A stretch of 64,000 bases of DNA from Syntrophorhabdaceae bacterium (GCA_963665295.1 OY762209.1:3136001-3200000); one strand, 5' to 3'; shown: positions 51,718 to 62,655, numbered from the stretch's first letter. Notes: a model not told the origin generated them from the letters alone. A program made the numbers and translations.

Positions 51718-52639
51718 AGAATTGCCCGATCGCCTTGTTGCCCGTTTGCCTGAAGACGGCTTGGTGATATTCCTCTTCCACGGGGTCATAAAACGTCAGA
51801 GGCACCGCGTACGTAACTATACAGGCAAACACATTGAGGCCGACCTATTTGCAATGTGTATGAGGAGATTATCGCTGAGTGGACGCGCACTCTCCATGGA
51901 CGAAGTGCTTGGGTATCGCCGATCAGGCGATTCCTTCCCACCCCATTCATTTGCAATCACCTTCGACGATGGTTTCGAGAACAACCTGAGTGTGGCTGCG
52001 CCGATTCTGGCGGACCTGAATATCCCTTCGATTATATATGTGACGACAGGTTTTGTAGACGAAAACGGCTTATCATGGATTGACCGGGTCGAATATGCAG
52101 TTGAAGAGGCGCCTGATCAGACGTTGAAGGTTGAATGGGCCAATACGCCGTTTCGGTTAACGGACGACGTGAGACGAATTGCCTTTTTGAAGGCTGTACG
52201 CACATATGTGAAGAACACGCCGGACTGCAACGCGGACATGTTCGCTGACAACCTTTGTGCCCAATTGGGAAAACCGGGGAAATTGTCCAGCGATGATCCT
52301 TTGGATCTCAAGATGACGTGGCAACAAGTCCGCAAGGCAGATGAATGCCACCTTATCAGTGTTGGCGGTCATAGTCATACCCATGCGATTCTGAGTTTCC
52401 TGAGTCCGAAGGAGTTGACTGAAGAAATTGACACCAGTCTCACTCTCCTCAAGGAAAAGGCTGGTGTATCGCCGACGCACTATTCCTACCCCGAGGGGTT
52501 GGAACACTGCTTCTCAGATGCGGTCATTGCCACACTTAAGCAGGCCGGTGTTCAATGCTGTCCGACTGCGATTGATGGTGTGAACGGCAGAGATGATGAT
52601 TTGTTTCATCTCAAAAGAGTGATGGTGGATGGATCATAA
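51704..52639 (+). CDS. polysaccharide deacetylase family protein
   Basis: LFHGV, ITFDDG, GGHSHTH, YSYPEG. Confidence 0.88.
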   Translation: MVLDKELPDRLVARLPEDGLVIFLFHGVIKRQRHRVRNYTGKHIEADLFAMCMRRLSLSGRALSMDEVLGYRRSGDSFPPHSFAITFDDGFENNLSVAAPILADLNIPSIIYVTTGFVDENGLSWIDRVEYAVEEAPDQTLKVEWANTPFRLTDDVRRIAFLKAVRTYVKNTPDCNADMFADNLCAQLGKPGKLSSDDPLDLKMTWQQVRKADECHLISVGGHSHTHAILSFLSPKELTEEIDTSLTLLKEKAGVSPTHYSYPEGLEHCFSDAVIATLKQAGVQCCPTAIDGVNGRDDDLFHLKRVMVDGS

Positions 52640-52663
52640 AGACTACAGGAAAGGGGCTCGGAG

Positions 52664-53353
52664 ATGAAGGAATACCTTATGAGTAATAAAGAATACTGGG
52701 AAAAGGGATATGTTGCTCCCAACGTCGAAAGTTTTGTGTTCCGGTTCTATGGACGTGTATTGAAGCCTGACTTCAACCTGGGTGGGAGGTATGAACGACT
52801 GCTCGATTTCGGGTGCGGTCAGGGTGCAACGGTCAATTTCTTCGCCCAACAGGGTTTCAATGCCCGTGGGGTTGATATAAGCCAAACCGATATATCGGTG
52901 GCAAGGATTCGGTATCCGCAGTTGGCAAGTCATTTTACGGTCTGCGATCCGGACCCGAGTAATAATGATTTCTATGGATTTCCTGAAGATGTCGCGGTTG
53001 TGACCGCAATTCAGTCGCTCTACTACTTTTCCGATACTGATTTTGATATCTGCATGGAAAGGATTTACAGGTCAATGCGCAAAGGCGGCATTTTCTATGC
53101 AACCATGATGGGTATCGGGCAAAAACAGTTTTATGATAATTCGAAAGAGTACAAGGATGGATTGCGCAGGGTTAATTTTAAGACAGACCGCTACGAAGTC
53201 AAAGATTACTTCGTTTCTTTTACGAACGACAGAGCCCACCTATTGGACCGATTCAGCATGTTTAAGCCGGTTCACGTAGGATTCTATGCCCAGAGGTTCA
53301 GGGAAGACGAAGAGGAAGGCTTCCACTATACATTCTGCGGAATTAAAGAATAG
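52664..53353 (+). CDS. class I SAM-dependent methyltransferase
   Basis: LLDFGCGQG, GVDIS. Confidence 0.88.
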   Translation: MKEYLMSNKEYWEKGYVAPNVESFVFRFYGRVLKPDFNLGGRYERLLDFGCGQGATVNFFAQQGFNARGVDISQTDISVARIRYPQLASHFTVCDPDPSNNDFYGFPEDVAVVTAIQSLYYFSDTDFDICMERIYRSMRKGGIFYATMMGIGQKQFYDNSKEYKDGLRRVNFKTDRYEVKDYFVSFTNDRAHLLDRFSMFKPVHVGFYAQRFREDEEEGFHYTFCGIKE

Positions 53354-53367
53354 ACGGAAAGGGACCC

Positions 53368-55194
53368 ATGTGCGGCATTGCGGGATATATAGGTCGGAAT
53401 ATAATAGCGGAAGATACGCTCCGCACCGCTTTGGGTCTTATGAAGAATAGGGGTCCGGACCATCAGGCGTTCTGCGTATTCGAGGAGCAGGACAACCGCG
53501 TCTATCTCCTCCATTCAAGGTTAAGCATCATCGATCTCGACGAAAGGTCTCATCAGCCGTTTACCATTGGCGATGTGTCCATAGTGTTTAACGGAGAAAT
53601 TTACAACTACCTTGAACTGCGCGCGGAGCTGGAGAAAAAAGGCATAATCTTCAGAACCTCATCGGACACAGAGGTGTTGCTCCAGTGTTACCGGCAATAT
53701 GGTGAACAATGTGTAGAGCGCTTCGAAGGGATGTGGTCCTTCGCGATCTATGATAGTAGATCAAAAAAGCTCTTCCTGTCCCGTGATCGTTTCGCAGAAA
53801 AACCTTTGTACTATCGTGTCACAAGAGATGGTATCTACTTCGGCTCGGAGATCAAGTTCATTCGGTCTCTGTCTCTCGTTCCACTGGTTGTGAATGAGAG
53901 GCATCTTCTGAGATATCTTGTGAATGGATATAAGGCACTTTACAAGACATCAGATACGTTTTTTGAGGATGTCGGTTATCTGCCCTACGCAACTAATATG
54001 ACCATCAACAAAGACCTTGATATACACATGCAAAGATACTGGTCGCCTGTATTTGCGGAAAGACAGATGTCTCTGGAGGAATCAATCGAAGGAACCAGAT
54101 ACTGGTTGCGGGAAAGCGTCAAGATAAGGCTTCGTTCGGATGTTCCCCTTGCCTTCTGTCTGAGTGGAGGAGTTGATTCGGCATCCCTTGCATCCATCGC
54201 CGCCAAGGAATTTGGCTGTAATGTTAAGACATTCTCAATCGTCGATAGCGATGAACGCTATAACGAGTACCATAATATTAAAGCTACGATCGATGACCTT
54301 GATTGCGAGCACACAATTATTGAAATCTCGTCGGATAACATATTCGATCGACTCACTAAGCTGGTGATGTACCACGATTCTCCCGTTTCCACCATCTCCT
54401 ATTTTGTTCATTCCTTCCTTTCCGAAGCTATTTCGGAGGGAGGTTTCAGGGTAGCCATGTCCGGTACTGCCGCGGACGAGCTTTTCACCGGGTACTATGA
54501 TCATTTCAACCTTCATCTGTATGAGATGCGCAATGCCCATGACTATCCGGAGCTACTGAGAGACTGGGAGAGGCACATAGGTCCGATCGTAAGGAATCCC
54601 TATCTGAAGAACCATCGGCTATATTTCGAGAATCAAGCAATTCGTGACCATATTTACTTGGAAAATGACGTATTTGCCGGATATTTGAAGGAGGGTTTCA
54701 AGGAAGCCTTTGCAGAAGAAGACTATTGTCCGTCCTTGCTTCGCAACCGCATGCTTAATGAACTGTTTCACGAATCCATCCCCGTTATTCTTCAAGAAGA
54801 CGACCTGAATTCCATGTTTTATTCGGTGGAGAACAGAAGCCCGTACCTTGATTCGAGACTCTTCAATTTTGCCTATTCCGTACCGGTTCGATACCTGATT
54901 CGCAATGGGTATGGGAAGAACGTTTTGAGAGAGGCAATGAGTGGTATTCTTAACGAACAAGTCCGGACCGACAGAAAGAAGGTTGGCTTCAATGCGTCAA
55001 TAAACTCAATCATTGATTTTCGGAACAAAGAGGTGAGAGAGTACCTCCTGGAGGACAGCAAAGTCTTTGATCTTGTAAAGAGGGAAAGGATCGAAGAAGC
55101 CATGTGCAACAAACTCATGCCCAACAGTTACAGCAAATTCATGTTCAATTTCATAAATTCAAAGATATTCCTTGAGGTGCAGGATAGGTCCTGA
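53368..55194 (+). CDS. asnB: asparagine synthase-like glutamine amidotransferase
   Basis: MCGIAG, RGPD, RLSIID, FNGEIYN, LSGGVDS, ENRSPYLD. Confidence 0.93.
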   Translation: MCGIAGYIGRNIIAEDTLRTALGLMKNRGPDHQAFCVFEEQDNRVYLLHSRLSIIDLDERSHQPFTIGDVSIVFNGEIYNYLELRAELEKKGIIFRTSSDTEVLLQCYRQYGEQCVERFEGMWSFAIYDSRSKKLFLSRDRFAEKPLYYRVTRDGIYFGSEIKFIRSLSLVPLVVNERHLLRYLVNGYKALYKTSDTFFEDVGYLPYATNMTINKDLDIHMQRYWSPVFAERQMSLEESIEGTRYWLRESVKIRLRSDVPLAFCLSGGVDSASLASIAAKEFGCNVKTFSIVDSDERYNEYHNIKATIDDLDCEHTIIEISSDNIFDRLTKLVMYHDSPVSTISYFVHSFLSEAISEGGFRVAMSGTAADELFTGYYDHFNLHLYEMRNAHDYPELLRDWERHIGPIVRNPYLKNHRLYFENQAIRDHIYLENDVFAGYLKEGFKEAFAEEDYCPSLLRNRMLNELFHESIPVILQEDDLNSMFYSVENRSPYLDSRLFNFAYSVPVRYLIRNGYGKNVLREAMSGILNEQVRTDRKKVGFNASINSIIDFRNKEVREYLLEDSKVFDLVKRERIEEAMCNKLMPNSYSKFMFNFINSKIFLEVQDRS

Positions 55195-55799
55195 TGTCTT
55201 TCGTTAAGAGAGCAAGAACTTTTTATTGGATTTGGTACCTCAAAGCCCATGGGGCAAAAGTTGGAAAAAACGTCAAGGTGAACGGTCCCATGGATATTCT
55301 GCTGAGGGATAACGCTGACTGGGGTAACATCGATCTTGGGGACAATGTCAATTTTACCGGCAAAACATATTTTCGTCTGAGAAAGAACGGCAAAATAACA
55401 TTGAAAAATGGCGTCATGGTCGGCACTGAAGTCTGGCTGGTAAGTGCCAATGACGCGGAACTTGCAGTAGGCGAAGATACAATCCTGAACAGTTACAGCA
55501 TCTTCAACGGGGGCCATGGATTGAAGATAGGACCTAACTGCATATTTGCCGCCTTTGTATACATCAACACGTCGGACCACAACTTCAAGAAAGGCGAGAT
55601 GATCCAGGAACAGGGATTTTTCGGCGCTCCCATTGAAATCGGAGAAGACGTCTGGCTTGGGGGTCAGGTCTTTGTGAATAAGGGCGTGAAAATTGGTGAC
55701 GGGGCGGTTATTGGGGCCGGTTCGGTTGTGGTAAGAGACATTCCCGATTATAAGATTGCCGTGGGAAATCCCGCGGCTGTCGTGAAAGACAGAATATGA
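55194..55799 (+). CDS. hexapeptide-repeat acyltransferase
   Basis: IGEDVWLG, IGDGAVIGAGSVV, GNPA. Confidence 0.9.
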   Translation: MSFVKRARTFYWIWYLKAHGAKVGKNVKVNGPMDILLRDNADWGNIDLGDNVNFTGKTYFRLRKNGKITLKNGVMVGTEVWLVSANDAELAVGEDTILNSYSIFNGGHGLKIGPNCIFAAFVYINTSDHNFKKGEMIQEQGFFGAPIEIGEDVWLGGQVFVNKGVKIGDGAVIGAGSVVVRDIPDYKIAVGNPAAVVKDRI

Positions 55800-55809
55800 C
55801 AGTGGGTGA

Positions 55810-56940
55810 ATGATGAAATACTGCAAGAAGTGTTTGATGCCCGCGACAAAGCCGCACATTAGCTTTGACGATCAAGGTGTGTGCAACGCCTGTCGGGCCC
55901 ATGAACAAAAGAATGCCGTTCTGGACGGAATAGACTGGCAGGAGAGAGAAGCCGCTTTTGAGCAACTCGTTCAGGAGGCCCAGGCCAGGAACGCCCCTTT
56001 CTATGACGCCCTGGTGCCGGTGAGTGGAGGTAAAGATAGCATCACGCAGGTGCATCGCCTGTTGAAGTACGATTTGCGAATCCTGGCAGTGAATGTGGAT
56101 TATGGAATAAAAACGGAAGTGGGAATCCATAACCTCAATCTTATTCCCTCCATGGGCGCCGGCTTGATCACCTACCGTCCCGAGCAGCGTCTCCACAAAG
56201 GATTGATTCGAATCGGGTTTGAGGACTTTGGTGACCCGGATTTGTTGAGCCACACCTTGCTTCACGCCTATCCCCTCCATTGCGCTCTGCAATTCAGGAT
56301 TCCCCTGGCTGTTCTGGGAGAAAACTCCGCCTTTGAATACGGAGGCGACGCGGAGACGGCCCAAAAGAACCACATTACCAGGGAATGGTTCACGAACTAT
56401 GCAGCAAACAAGGGTCACGATGCCCGCTTCGTGTCCGAACATTACGGCATTCCCATGGAGAAGCTGGCCCTTTATGACTTCCCCGATGAGATTGAGGCAT
56501 CAACAACGAAGGCGGTATTTCTCAGTTATTTTTCTTACTGGGATTCCGAAGAGCACCTTCGAATTGCCCAGAGCCACGGGTTCAAGACCCTGGAAGAGAG
56601 CCGGGAAGGCACGTATCGGAATTATGTCGGCATTGATGAAAAGATCAACCGTATTCACCAGTATATGAAGGTCCTGAAGTTCGGTTATGGCCGGGCAACC
56701 GACCATGCGTGTGAGGATATCCGCAATGGTCGCCTGAGCAGGGATGAAGCCAAAGACCTCGTCAGGAAATATGATCTCGCCGATTTGTCGGATGATTATG
56801 TCGATGACTTCGCAGCTTATGTTGGCTATTCGAAAGAGGAATTCCGGGCAATCATGGACCTGTACCGGAACCAGGATATCTGGGCCAGGGACAAACAAGG
56901 GAGATGGTTTATCCCCGGTCATTTAGAGGAAGATCAATGA
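55810..56940 (+). CDS. N-acetyl sugar amidotransferase (WbuX/PseA-like)
   Basis: YCKKCLMP..KP, CNAC, VSGGKDS, GEN...EYGG, KFGYGRAT. Confidence 0.92.
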   Translation: MMKYCKKCLMPATKPHISFDDQGVCNACRAHEQKNAVLDGIDWQEREAAFEQLVQEAQARNAPFYDALVPVSGGKDSITQVHRLLKYDLRILAVNVDYGIKTEVGIHNLNLIPSMGAGLITYRPEQRLHKGLIRIGFEDFGDPDLLSHTLLHAYPLHCALQFRIPLAVLGENSAFEYGGDAETAQKNHITREWFTNYAANKGHDARFVSEHYGIPMEKLALYDFPDEIEASTTKAVFLSYFSYWDSEEHLRIAQSHGFKTLEESREGTYRNYVGIDEKINRIHQYMKVLKFGYGRATDHACEDIRNGRLSRDEAKDLVRKYDLADLSDDYVDDFAAYVGYSKEEFRAIMDLYRNQDIWARDKQGRWFIPGHLEEDQ

Positions 56941-57299
56941 AATTGGACATTAAGGGCAAACCGAGGGAATTCGAGGTCGGAGGCAAGACGATAAGAGATT
57001 TCGGCCGTGTCCATTTTATGCATGGTGAGATGGTTGCACTGGTTAGCCCTTCCGGAAGGGAATGCGACGTAACCGCTACGGAATGGGGGTTTTATCTGGC
57101 TCCTTCCCTGAATGCCCGATTATCTGCTCAAGGCTTCAAGGTAGCCCTGGTTTGCAATAGTTACGGAAAACTCTTCCTGAACGCCGTCGAGATTGATAAG
57201 AAGGACTTATTCGATCTATATCTGTGTGAACAAGAAAGCAGACTAATCTGTTGGCTGGACGAGATATCGTGCAAATCATCGTTGGATAACATTCCCTGA
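56937..57299 (+). CDS. hypothetical protein
   Basis: ATGA overlap with the upstream stop; WGFYLAPSLNARL. Confidence 0.75.
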   Translation: MKLDIKGKPREFEVGGKTIRDFGRVHFMHGEMVALVSPSGRECDVTATEWGFYLAPSLNARLSAQGFKVALVCNSYGKLFLNAVEIDKKDLFDLYLCEQESRLICWLDEISCKSSLDNIP

Positions 57300-57326
57300 T
57301 AGGATAATGGTAGGTACCAGATAAGA

Positions 57327-59048
57327 ATGAAAATAGCCATTTTCGCGCCACACATTTCGGTTTGGGTATGGGGCCTGTTCTTGTCCTATTTCGGAAGAGC
57401 CTTCAAAAGTCAGGGGTATGAGGTTGACTTTATTACTTGCGGTGGTGCCATTGAATATTGTACAGCAATGCTTGGTGCGACCTCGGATGCGCACAAGTCT
57501 GCAATATGCGCGCTATGCAAGAGGAACGCGCGATGGCTTGCAGGAGGTTTTGGCTTTAGTCACCAGGAAATCAAAGCTTTGTCAAAATCAGGATCCCTTC
57601 ATGACAACGACGTGGAAAATGAAATTGGCAAATATGCCTTCTATGAGACAATACTTACGTATAAAACCTATGGCAACTTAACACCTGAAATGGTGGCATT
57701 GAAAGACGCCTATCACAAGGGCAATAGGGTTGTTTACGCCGCCGCTGAAACCTATTTCAGGAGTAACACTCCGGATTTGACTTTGGTGTGGAACGGGTTG
57801 TATTCACTTAACAGAACGTGGATGCTTGCGGCGGAACAAAAGCATATCCCTGCTTATTGGATACACGCGGGCGCCAATAGGGGCTTTGAATTTCGGACGA
57901 TAATGTTCGGCCCGAAACACTGGTACGTGTACAACGCAGAACAAAAGGAACACTGGACAAAGGCCGAATCCAACGTACGACTGAGGGCAGGGGATGCACA
58001 AACCATAGCCACCCTTGTTGGGAATATTGTTTTGGGCAAAACGCCCTTCACCTATTCCAAACCAAAGCAGAATGTTCGTTATCGACAAGCAAAAAGAGTA
58101 GGCGCGCGGAAACTGGTTGTAATGCCCACAAGCAGCAAGGATGAATTGCTCTCCGCGAAGGCAATAGGCGCAAAAGCCCTGACTGATCATGTTTTCCAGG
58201 AACAATCCAAGTGGATTCAATTCGTTCTGGATAGATTTGCCGAATCAAAGGATCTCTTTATCGTTTTGCGTGTGCATCCCCGGGAATTTCCCAACCATAG
58301 GGAAAACAGACACTCGGAAGATTCGGCATTCTACTCTTCCCTGTATGAAAAATACAAAGAATCAGACTCGATACACATAAATATGCCCGAAGATGGCATA
58401 TCGCTCTATGACTTGCTGGAAGAAGCCGACCTCGTCCTTAATGCCTGGTCAAGTGTCGGCGAAGAGGCGGGATTGCTCGGGATCCCCGTGGTATCTGCGT
58501 TCAAAAGCTACTGCAATTATCCCGCAAATCTCGAGCCCTCCTATTGTACCGGAACGGAATACCTGGACGTGATAAAGTCCGAGATGAATGCAGGTTGGTC
58601 CGCCGTGCGTGCATTGCGTTTCCTGAAGTGGCGTGTCTTTTCCACATTACAAAGCGAGATAGCGCTTTCGCGCGAATACCGGGAATGGATTGGACAATCG
58701 CGTGTACCGTTCAAGGACCGTTTTTTGGCCATGCGAATCATGAGACAGATGAAATCCGAACGATTTGACGATGTACTGCGATATTTTCATATGGGCAACA
58801 ACGACTCGGACCTCCTTGTCCACACTGACTATATTGGAGATGACGAGGCATTGAATCTGTACTTTCAGACAATCTACGATTTGCTTTATAAGGATATGGA
58901 CCATGCCTCTACTAACGGGCTGCGAGATTACATTCTTAGATTTGTGGGGCATGACGCGAAGCCCGAACCGAAGATAGAAGAGTTATTATTCGTTCCCGCC
59001 GTGGAAGCTCAAAGCGCCGGGACCCAGGGAAGATGCTTGCCAAAATAA
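57327..59048 (+). CDS. capsule biosynthesis protein (KpsS/sialyltransferase-like GT-B)
   Basis: LRVHPRE and SSVGEEAGLLGIPVV motifs; N-terminal CxxC. Confidence 0.65.
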   Translation: MKIAIFAPHISVWVWGLFLSYFGRAFKSQGYEVDFITCGGAIEYCTAMLGATSDAHKSAICALCKRNARWLAGGFGFSHQEIKALSKSGSLHDNDVENEIGKYAFYETILTYKTYGNLTPEMVALKDAYHKGNRVVYAAAETYFRSNTPDLTLVWNGLYSLNRTWMLAAEQKHIPAYWIHAGANRGFEFRTIMFGPKHWYVYNAEQKEHWTKAESNVRLRAGDAQTIATLVGNIVLGKTPFTYSKPKQNVRYRQAKRVGARKLVVMPTSSKDELLSAKAIGAKALTDHVFQEQSKWIQFVLDRFAESKDLFIVLRVHPREFPNHRENRHSEDSAFYSSLYEKYKESDSIHINMPEDGISLYDLLEEADLVLNAWSSVGEEAGLLGIPVVSAFKSYCNYPANLEPSYCTGTEYLDVIKSEMNAGWSAVRALRFLKWRVFSTLQSEIALSREYREWIGQSRVPFKDRFLAMRIMRQMKSERFDDVLRYFHMGNNDSDLLVHTDYIGDDEALNLYFQTIYDLLYKDMDHASTNGLRDYILRFVGHDAKPEPKIEELLFVPAVEAQSAGTQGRCLPK

Positions 59049-59767
59049 TCAATTATATGCGCAGTTACGGGGGTTTCGAGTTTATCGGCCTTCGCCGTCG
59101 GCCGATCTACGACGGCGACATGGACCGTTATTCTTATCAGTCAAAATATCATAGTTTTGATATAGGCCCGGAAGAGACCGTTCTCGACGTCGGCTGCGGC
59201 GGGAACCCGTTTCCTCATGCGACCACGCTCGTAGACCTGTACACGGGAAGATCGGAGCACAGATGCGAAGATCTCAAGACCGGCGGGAAGGCCTTTCGCG
59301 TGGCGGACATCAACCATTTGCCCTTTGAGGACAAGTCCTACGATTTTGTTTATTGTTCCCACGTGCTGGAGCACGTTGAAGACCCCGGGACCGCCTGCGA
59401 CGAATTGATGCGCGTGGGCAAGAGAGGCTACATCGAGACTCCGTCACTTATGACGGACGTCATGTTCTCGTGGGCCAAGGGCATGCACAAATGGTTTACC
59501 GTTGTCATCGCGGACCGGATAGTCTTCTATGAGTATAATGAGAGACTCATTCAGGGCGTCCGTAGCCCATACTGGGGGAAGTCAGTGTTTTCCAGGAGGC
59601 ATCATCCCCTGCAGGACATTCTGTTTGATAACCTCGATATCTTCAACAATATGTTGATGTGGCGTGATTGTTTTGATTATTCAGTATTTCACCTCGACGG
59701 ACGGATGGCCCACACCGATTTCAAGAAGGAACCATGCGCGGAAAGGCGTGTGAATCGCGAAGGATGA
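59033..59767 (+). CDS. class I SAM-dependent methyltransferase
   Basis: VLDVGCG, LPFEDKSYDFVYCSHVLEH. Confidence 0.88.
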   Translation: MLAKIINYMRSYGGFEFIGLRRRPIYDGDMDRYSYQSKYHSFDIGPEETVLDVGCGGNPFPHATTLVDLYTGRSEHRCEDLKTGGKAFRVADINHLPFEDKSYDFVYCSHVLEHVEDPGTACDELMRVGKRGYIETPSLMTDVMFSWAKGMHKWFTVVIADRIVFYEYNERLIQGVRSPYWGKSVFSRRHHPLQDILFDNLDIFNNMLMWRDCFDYSVFHLDGRMAHTDFKKEPCAERRVNREG

Positions 59768-60672
59768 CATCGATTCCCGTGGTACTTTTTGCCTATGCCA
59801 GACCCGACCATCTTCGGCGGACTTTGGATTGCCTGCGGGAAGACCGGGTACCCCTGATCTATGCCTTTAGTGACGGACCTTCTATCCCGGATAAGGTCCC
59901 GGCTGTGGCCCGGGTGCGCGACATGCTCAGGCACATTGATTGGTGTGATGTGGTGCTCTGTGAACGGGAAATCAACATGGGGCTTGGGCGCTCCATCCTT
60001 GCCGGCGTCACGGAAGTGTTGGCAAGGTATGAATCTGCGATTGTTTTTGAGGATGACCTGATCTGCGTGCCGGGCACATATGCGTATATTTGCGCGGCGT
60101 TGGAGCGGTACCGGAACGATGACCGTGTCATGAGTGTGACTGGCTGGACCCATCCCCTCGTTGCACCGGGTGACGTGGCTGACCTTCCGTATTTCGATGG
60201 TCGTGCTGAATGCTGGGTTTGGGGCACCTGGGCCAGAGCGTGGCGTGGAATGGGTACGGACGCAAGGACTTTGATGCAGCAATGCAAAGATCGGAATATC
60301 GATATTTACCGGTACGGGGCGGATCTTGTGAATATGGCCAAGGTTGAACTCCGCCAAAACATCTGGGCAGTGCGTTTTCTCTACCACCACATTTTGAAAC
60401 GAGGGCTGTGCCTGCGCCCACCGCGAAGCATGGTGGAACATATCGGTTTTGACACGGACGCCACAAATGCAAAAAGCGCTGCATGGCTGGAGAACCCGCC
60501 GCTAAAGCCCTGTCCGCCGATTCCAATGAGGTGGCCCGAAGTGAAGGAGCATCCGGAGTGCAGCCAATTGCATCGGAATGTCTGTGGGGAACGGCCCACA
60601 ATACAGAGATGCCTGCATCGCTTTGCCTGCCGCCTGACATCGAAGGTCCTGCGTGTGGTTTCTCTACGGTAA
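59764..60672 (+). CDS. GT-A fold glycosyltransferase
   Basis: VVLFAYARP, FSDGP, NMGLGRSI, VFEDDL, CWVWGTW. Confidence 0.85.
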   Translation: MTSIPVVLFAYARPDHLRRTLDCLREDRVPLIYAFSDGPSIPDKVPAVARVRDMLRHIDWCDVVLCEREINMGLGRSILAGVTEVLARYESAIVFEDDLICVPGTYAYICAALERYRNDDRVMSVTGWTHPLVAPGDVADLPYFDGRAECWVWGTWARAWRGMGTDARTLMQQCKDRNIDIYRYGADLVNMAKVELRQNIWAVRFLYHHILKRGLCLRPPRSMVEHIGFDTDATNAKSAAWLENPPLKPCPPIPMRWPEVKEHPECSQLHRNVCGERPTIQRCLHRFACRLTSKVLRVVSLR

Positions 60673-60678
60673 AGGCAC

Positions 60679-61539
60679 ATGGGAACGGCGCTCAAAGATA
60701 TGATGAGACTGGTAACACCTCCGATGTTCGTTTATCTGATAAAGCGAATACGCGCGGGCGCAGAGAGAAAAGAGCACGGCCTGTCCGGCGAATACGACTC
60801 CTGGGCGGAAGCCCTCGCTTCGAGTACGGGATATGATCACGGTGAGATTCTGGAGAAGACGAAAGCGGCACTGCTTAAGGTGAAGAATGGAGAGGCAGTC
60901 TATGAGCGGGACTCGGTACTGTTTGACGAGATCCATTATTCCTGGCCCTTACTGGCAGGATTAATGTGGGTGGCTGCACGCTGTGAGGGCCGACTTGACG
61001 TCCTGGACTTCGGCGGATCCCTGGGTAGTACCTACTTCCAAAACAGGACCTTCCTTGGCGGTCTCAGAAGATTACGGTGGAACGTTATCGAACAGCCTGA
61101 GCATGTGAAGGCAGGAAAACAGTATTTTGAAGATGAGTATCTGAGATTCTATGCCTCCATTGGGGACTGTCTTGCGGAGACGCGCCCTAATGTTGTCGTC
61201 CTTAGCAGCGTCCTGCAGTATCTTGAAGAGCCCCACATGCTGATGCGTGAGCTTCTGCGCCGGCAATTCGACTTTGTGCTTGTCGACCAGACTCCGTTCT
61301 GGAATGGGCCGCAAGATCGACTTTGTGTCCAAAACGTTTTGAAGAGGGTCTACGCGGCCAGTTATCCATGCTGGGTCTTTTCCGAAAGCCTCTTTGCGCG
61401 GAATATCGCGAAAGAGTTCGAGGTAATAGCTCAGTTTCAGGGACTCAATGGGATGGCGTCGCCTTTTGACGTGGCATGGAAAGGGATGATAATGAGGAAT
61501 CTTAGGAAGAACCCCATCGGTGAGCGCCAAAAGGATTGA
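60679..61539 (+). CDS. putative methyltransferase (LIC12133/TIGR04325-like)
   Basis: YERDSVLF, VLDFGGSLG, SSVLQYL. Confidence 0.8.
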   Translation: MGTALKDMMRLVTPPMFVYLIKRIRAGAERKEHGLSGEYDSWAEALASSTGYDHGEILEKTKAALLKVKNGEAVYERDSVLFDEIHYSWPLLAGLMWVAARCEGRLDVLDFGGSLGSTYFQNRTFLGGLRRLRWNVIEQPEHVKAGKQYFEDEYLRFYASIGDCLAETRPNVVVLSSVLQYLEEPHMLMRELLRRQFDFVLVDQTPFWNGPQDRLCVQNVLKRVYAASYPCWVFSESLFARNIAKEFEVIAQFQGLNGMASPFDVAWKGMIMRNLRKNPIGERQKD

Positions 61540-61609
61540 CCGAAACGGTTTCGTCATCCACAAAGCATGCTCGTCTATGTTGTGGGACCCGTGAGGTGAT
61601 AATAGGAGA

Positions 61610-62605
61610 ATGGATAAGATAGTCGGTGCCTTTCTCGGCACACTGAACATCAGCCCCGTCTTACTGGATGTGGGAGCGTCAGGTGAACCGCCCCCTTATT
61701 GGAAATCTATTGCCGGGCATTCGGTGTACGTGGGGTTCGACCCGGACAGACGCGAGATGAGGGATATCCGGGATGGTCAGTTTGCCCGGTCTGTTATAGT
61801 CAATGAGGCCGTTACGGATGTACCGGGGAAAAAGGTGCAATTCTATCTCACATCTTACCCTTATTGCTCAAGCACCCTACCGCCCGACACGGCATCTCTG
61901 GAGGACTATTTCTTTTCTGACCTGTTTGTAGTGGAGGACAGGGTTTCCATGCCCGCGACATCGCTTAATACAGTGATTGACCGCTTGGGGTTGGATTGCG
62001 TGGACTGGTTTAAGACGGACTCCCAGGGCACCGATTTACGCCTTTTCCTGAGCCTGGACGATAGATTGCGTGATACGGTGCTTGCAGTTGATATCGAGCC
62101 GGGCCTCATTGATGCGTATGAGGGCGAAGACCTCTTTGTTGATGCGCACAGGGAGCTTTTGCGGCAAGGTTTTTGGCTATGCACCCTTAACGTCTTCGGC
62201 AGTGTGCGTTTAAAACGACGCACGGTGAGGAACCTCCTGGAACGTTCTGTTGAATTGAACGACGGCGTGATCAACGCAGCCATAAAGACCAGCCCCGGTT
62301 GGTGTGAGGCGCGCTATCTACGCACAACGAAATCACTTGCGAACATGGGTGCAGATGCGCGCCGGTACCAATTGTTGTGGGTATTCGCGATCACGGAAGG
62401 ACAGTGGGGTTACGCTCTGGACGTTGCCGACGCTTACGAGAAGCGATTCGGTGGGGGTGATATTTCGAAACAGATGTTTGATGTGCCGCTGAAGAAGATA
62501 CTGGCTTTTAGGCCGAGCCGTATGAGGACTATAGCGGGAAAATTCATCCCGAAACCTATTAAACAGCAGCTAAAAAGGTTTCTCAAAAGCACGGTATTGA
62601 AGTAA
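61610..62605 (+). CDS. FkbM-like methyltransferase
   Basis: LLDVGASG, GFDPD, KTDSQGTDL. Confidence 0.78.
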   Translation: MDKIVGAFLGTLNISPVLLDVGASGEPPPYWKSIAGHSVYVGFDPDRREMRDIRDGQFARSVIVNEAVTDVPGKKVQFYLTSYPYCSSTLPPDTASLEDYFFSDLFVVEDRVSMPATSLNTVIDRLGLDCVDWFKTDSQGTDLRLFLSLDDRLRDTVLAVDIEPGLIDAYEGEDLFVDAHRELLRQGFWLCTLNVFGSVRLKRRTVRNLLERSVELNDGVINAAIKTSPGWCEARYLRTTKSLANMGADARRYQLLWVFAITEGQWGYALDVADAYEKRFGGGDISKQMFDVPLKKILAFRPSRMRTIAGKFIPKPIKQQLKRFLKSTVLK

Positions 62606-62655
62606 ATCGATAGATTGTAGCGGTCTTTGAACAAGTCTGAAGTACACAATCGCCC

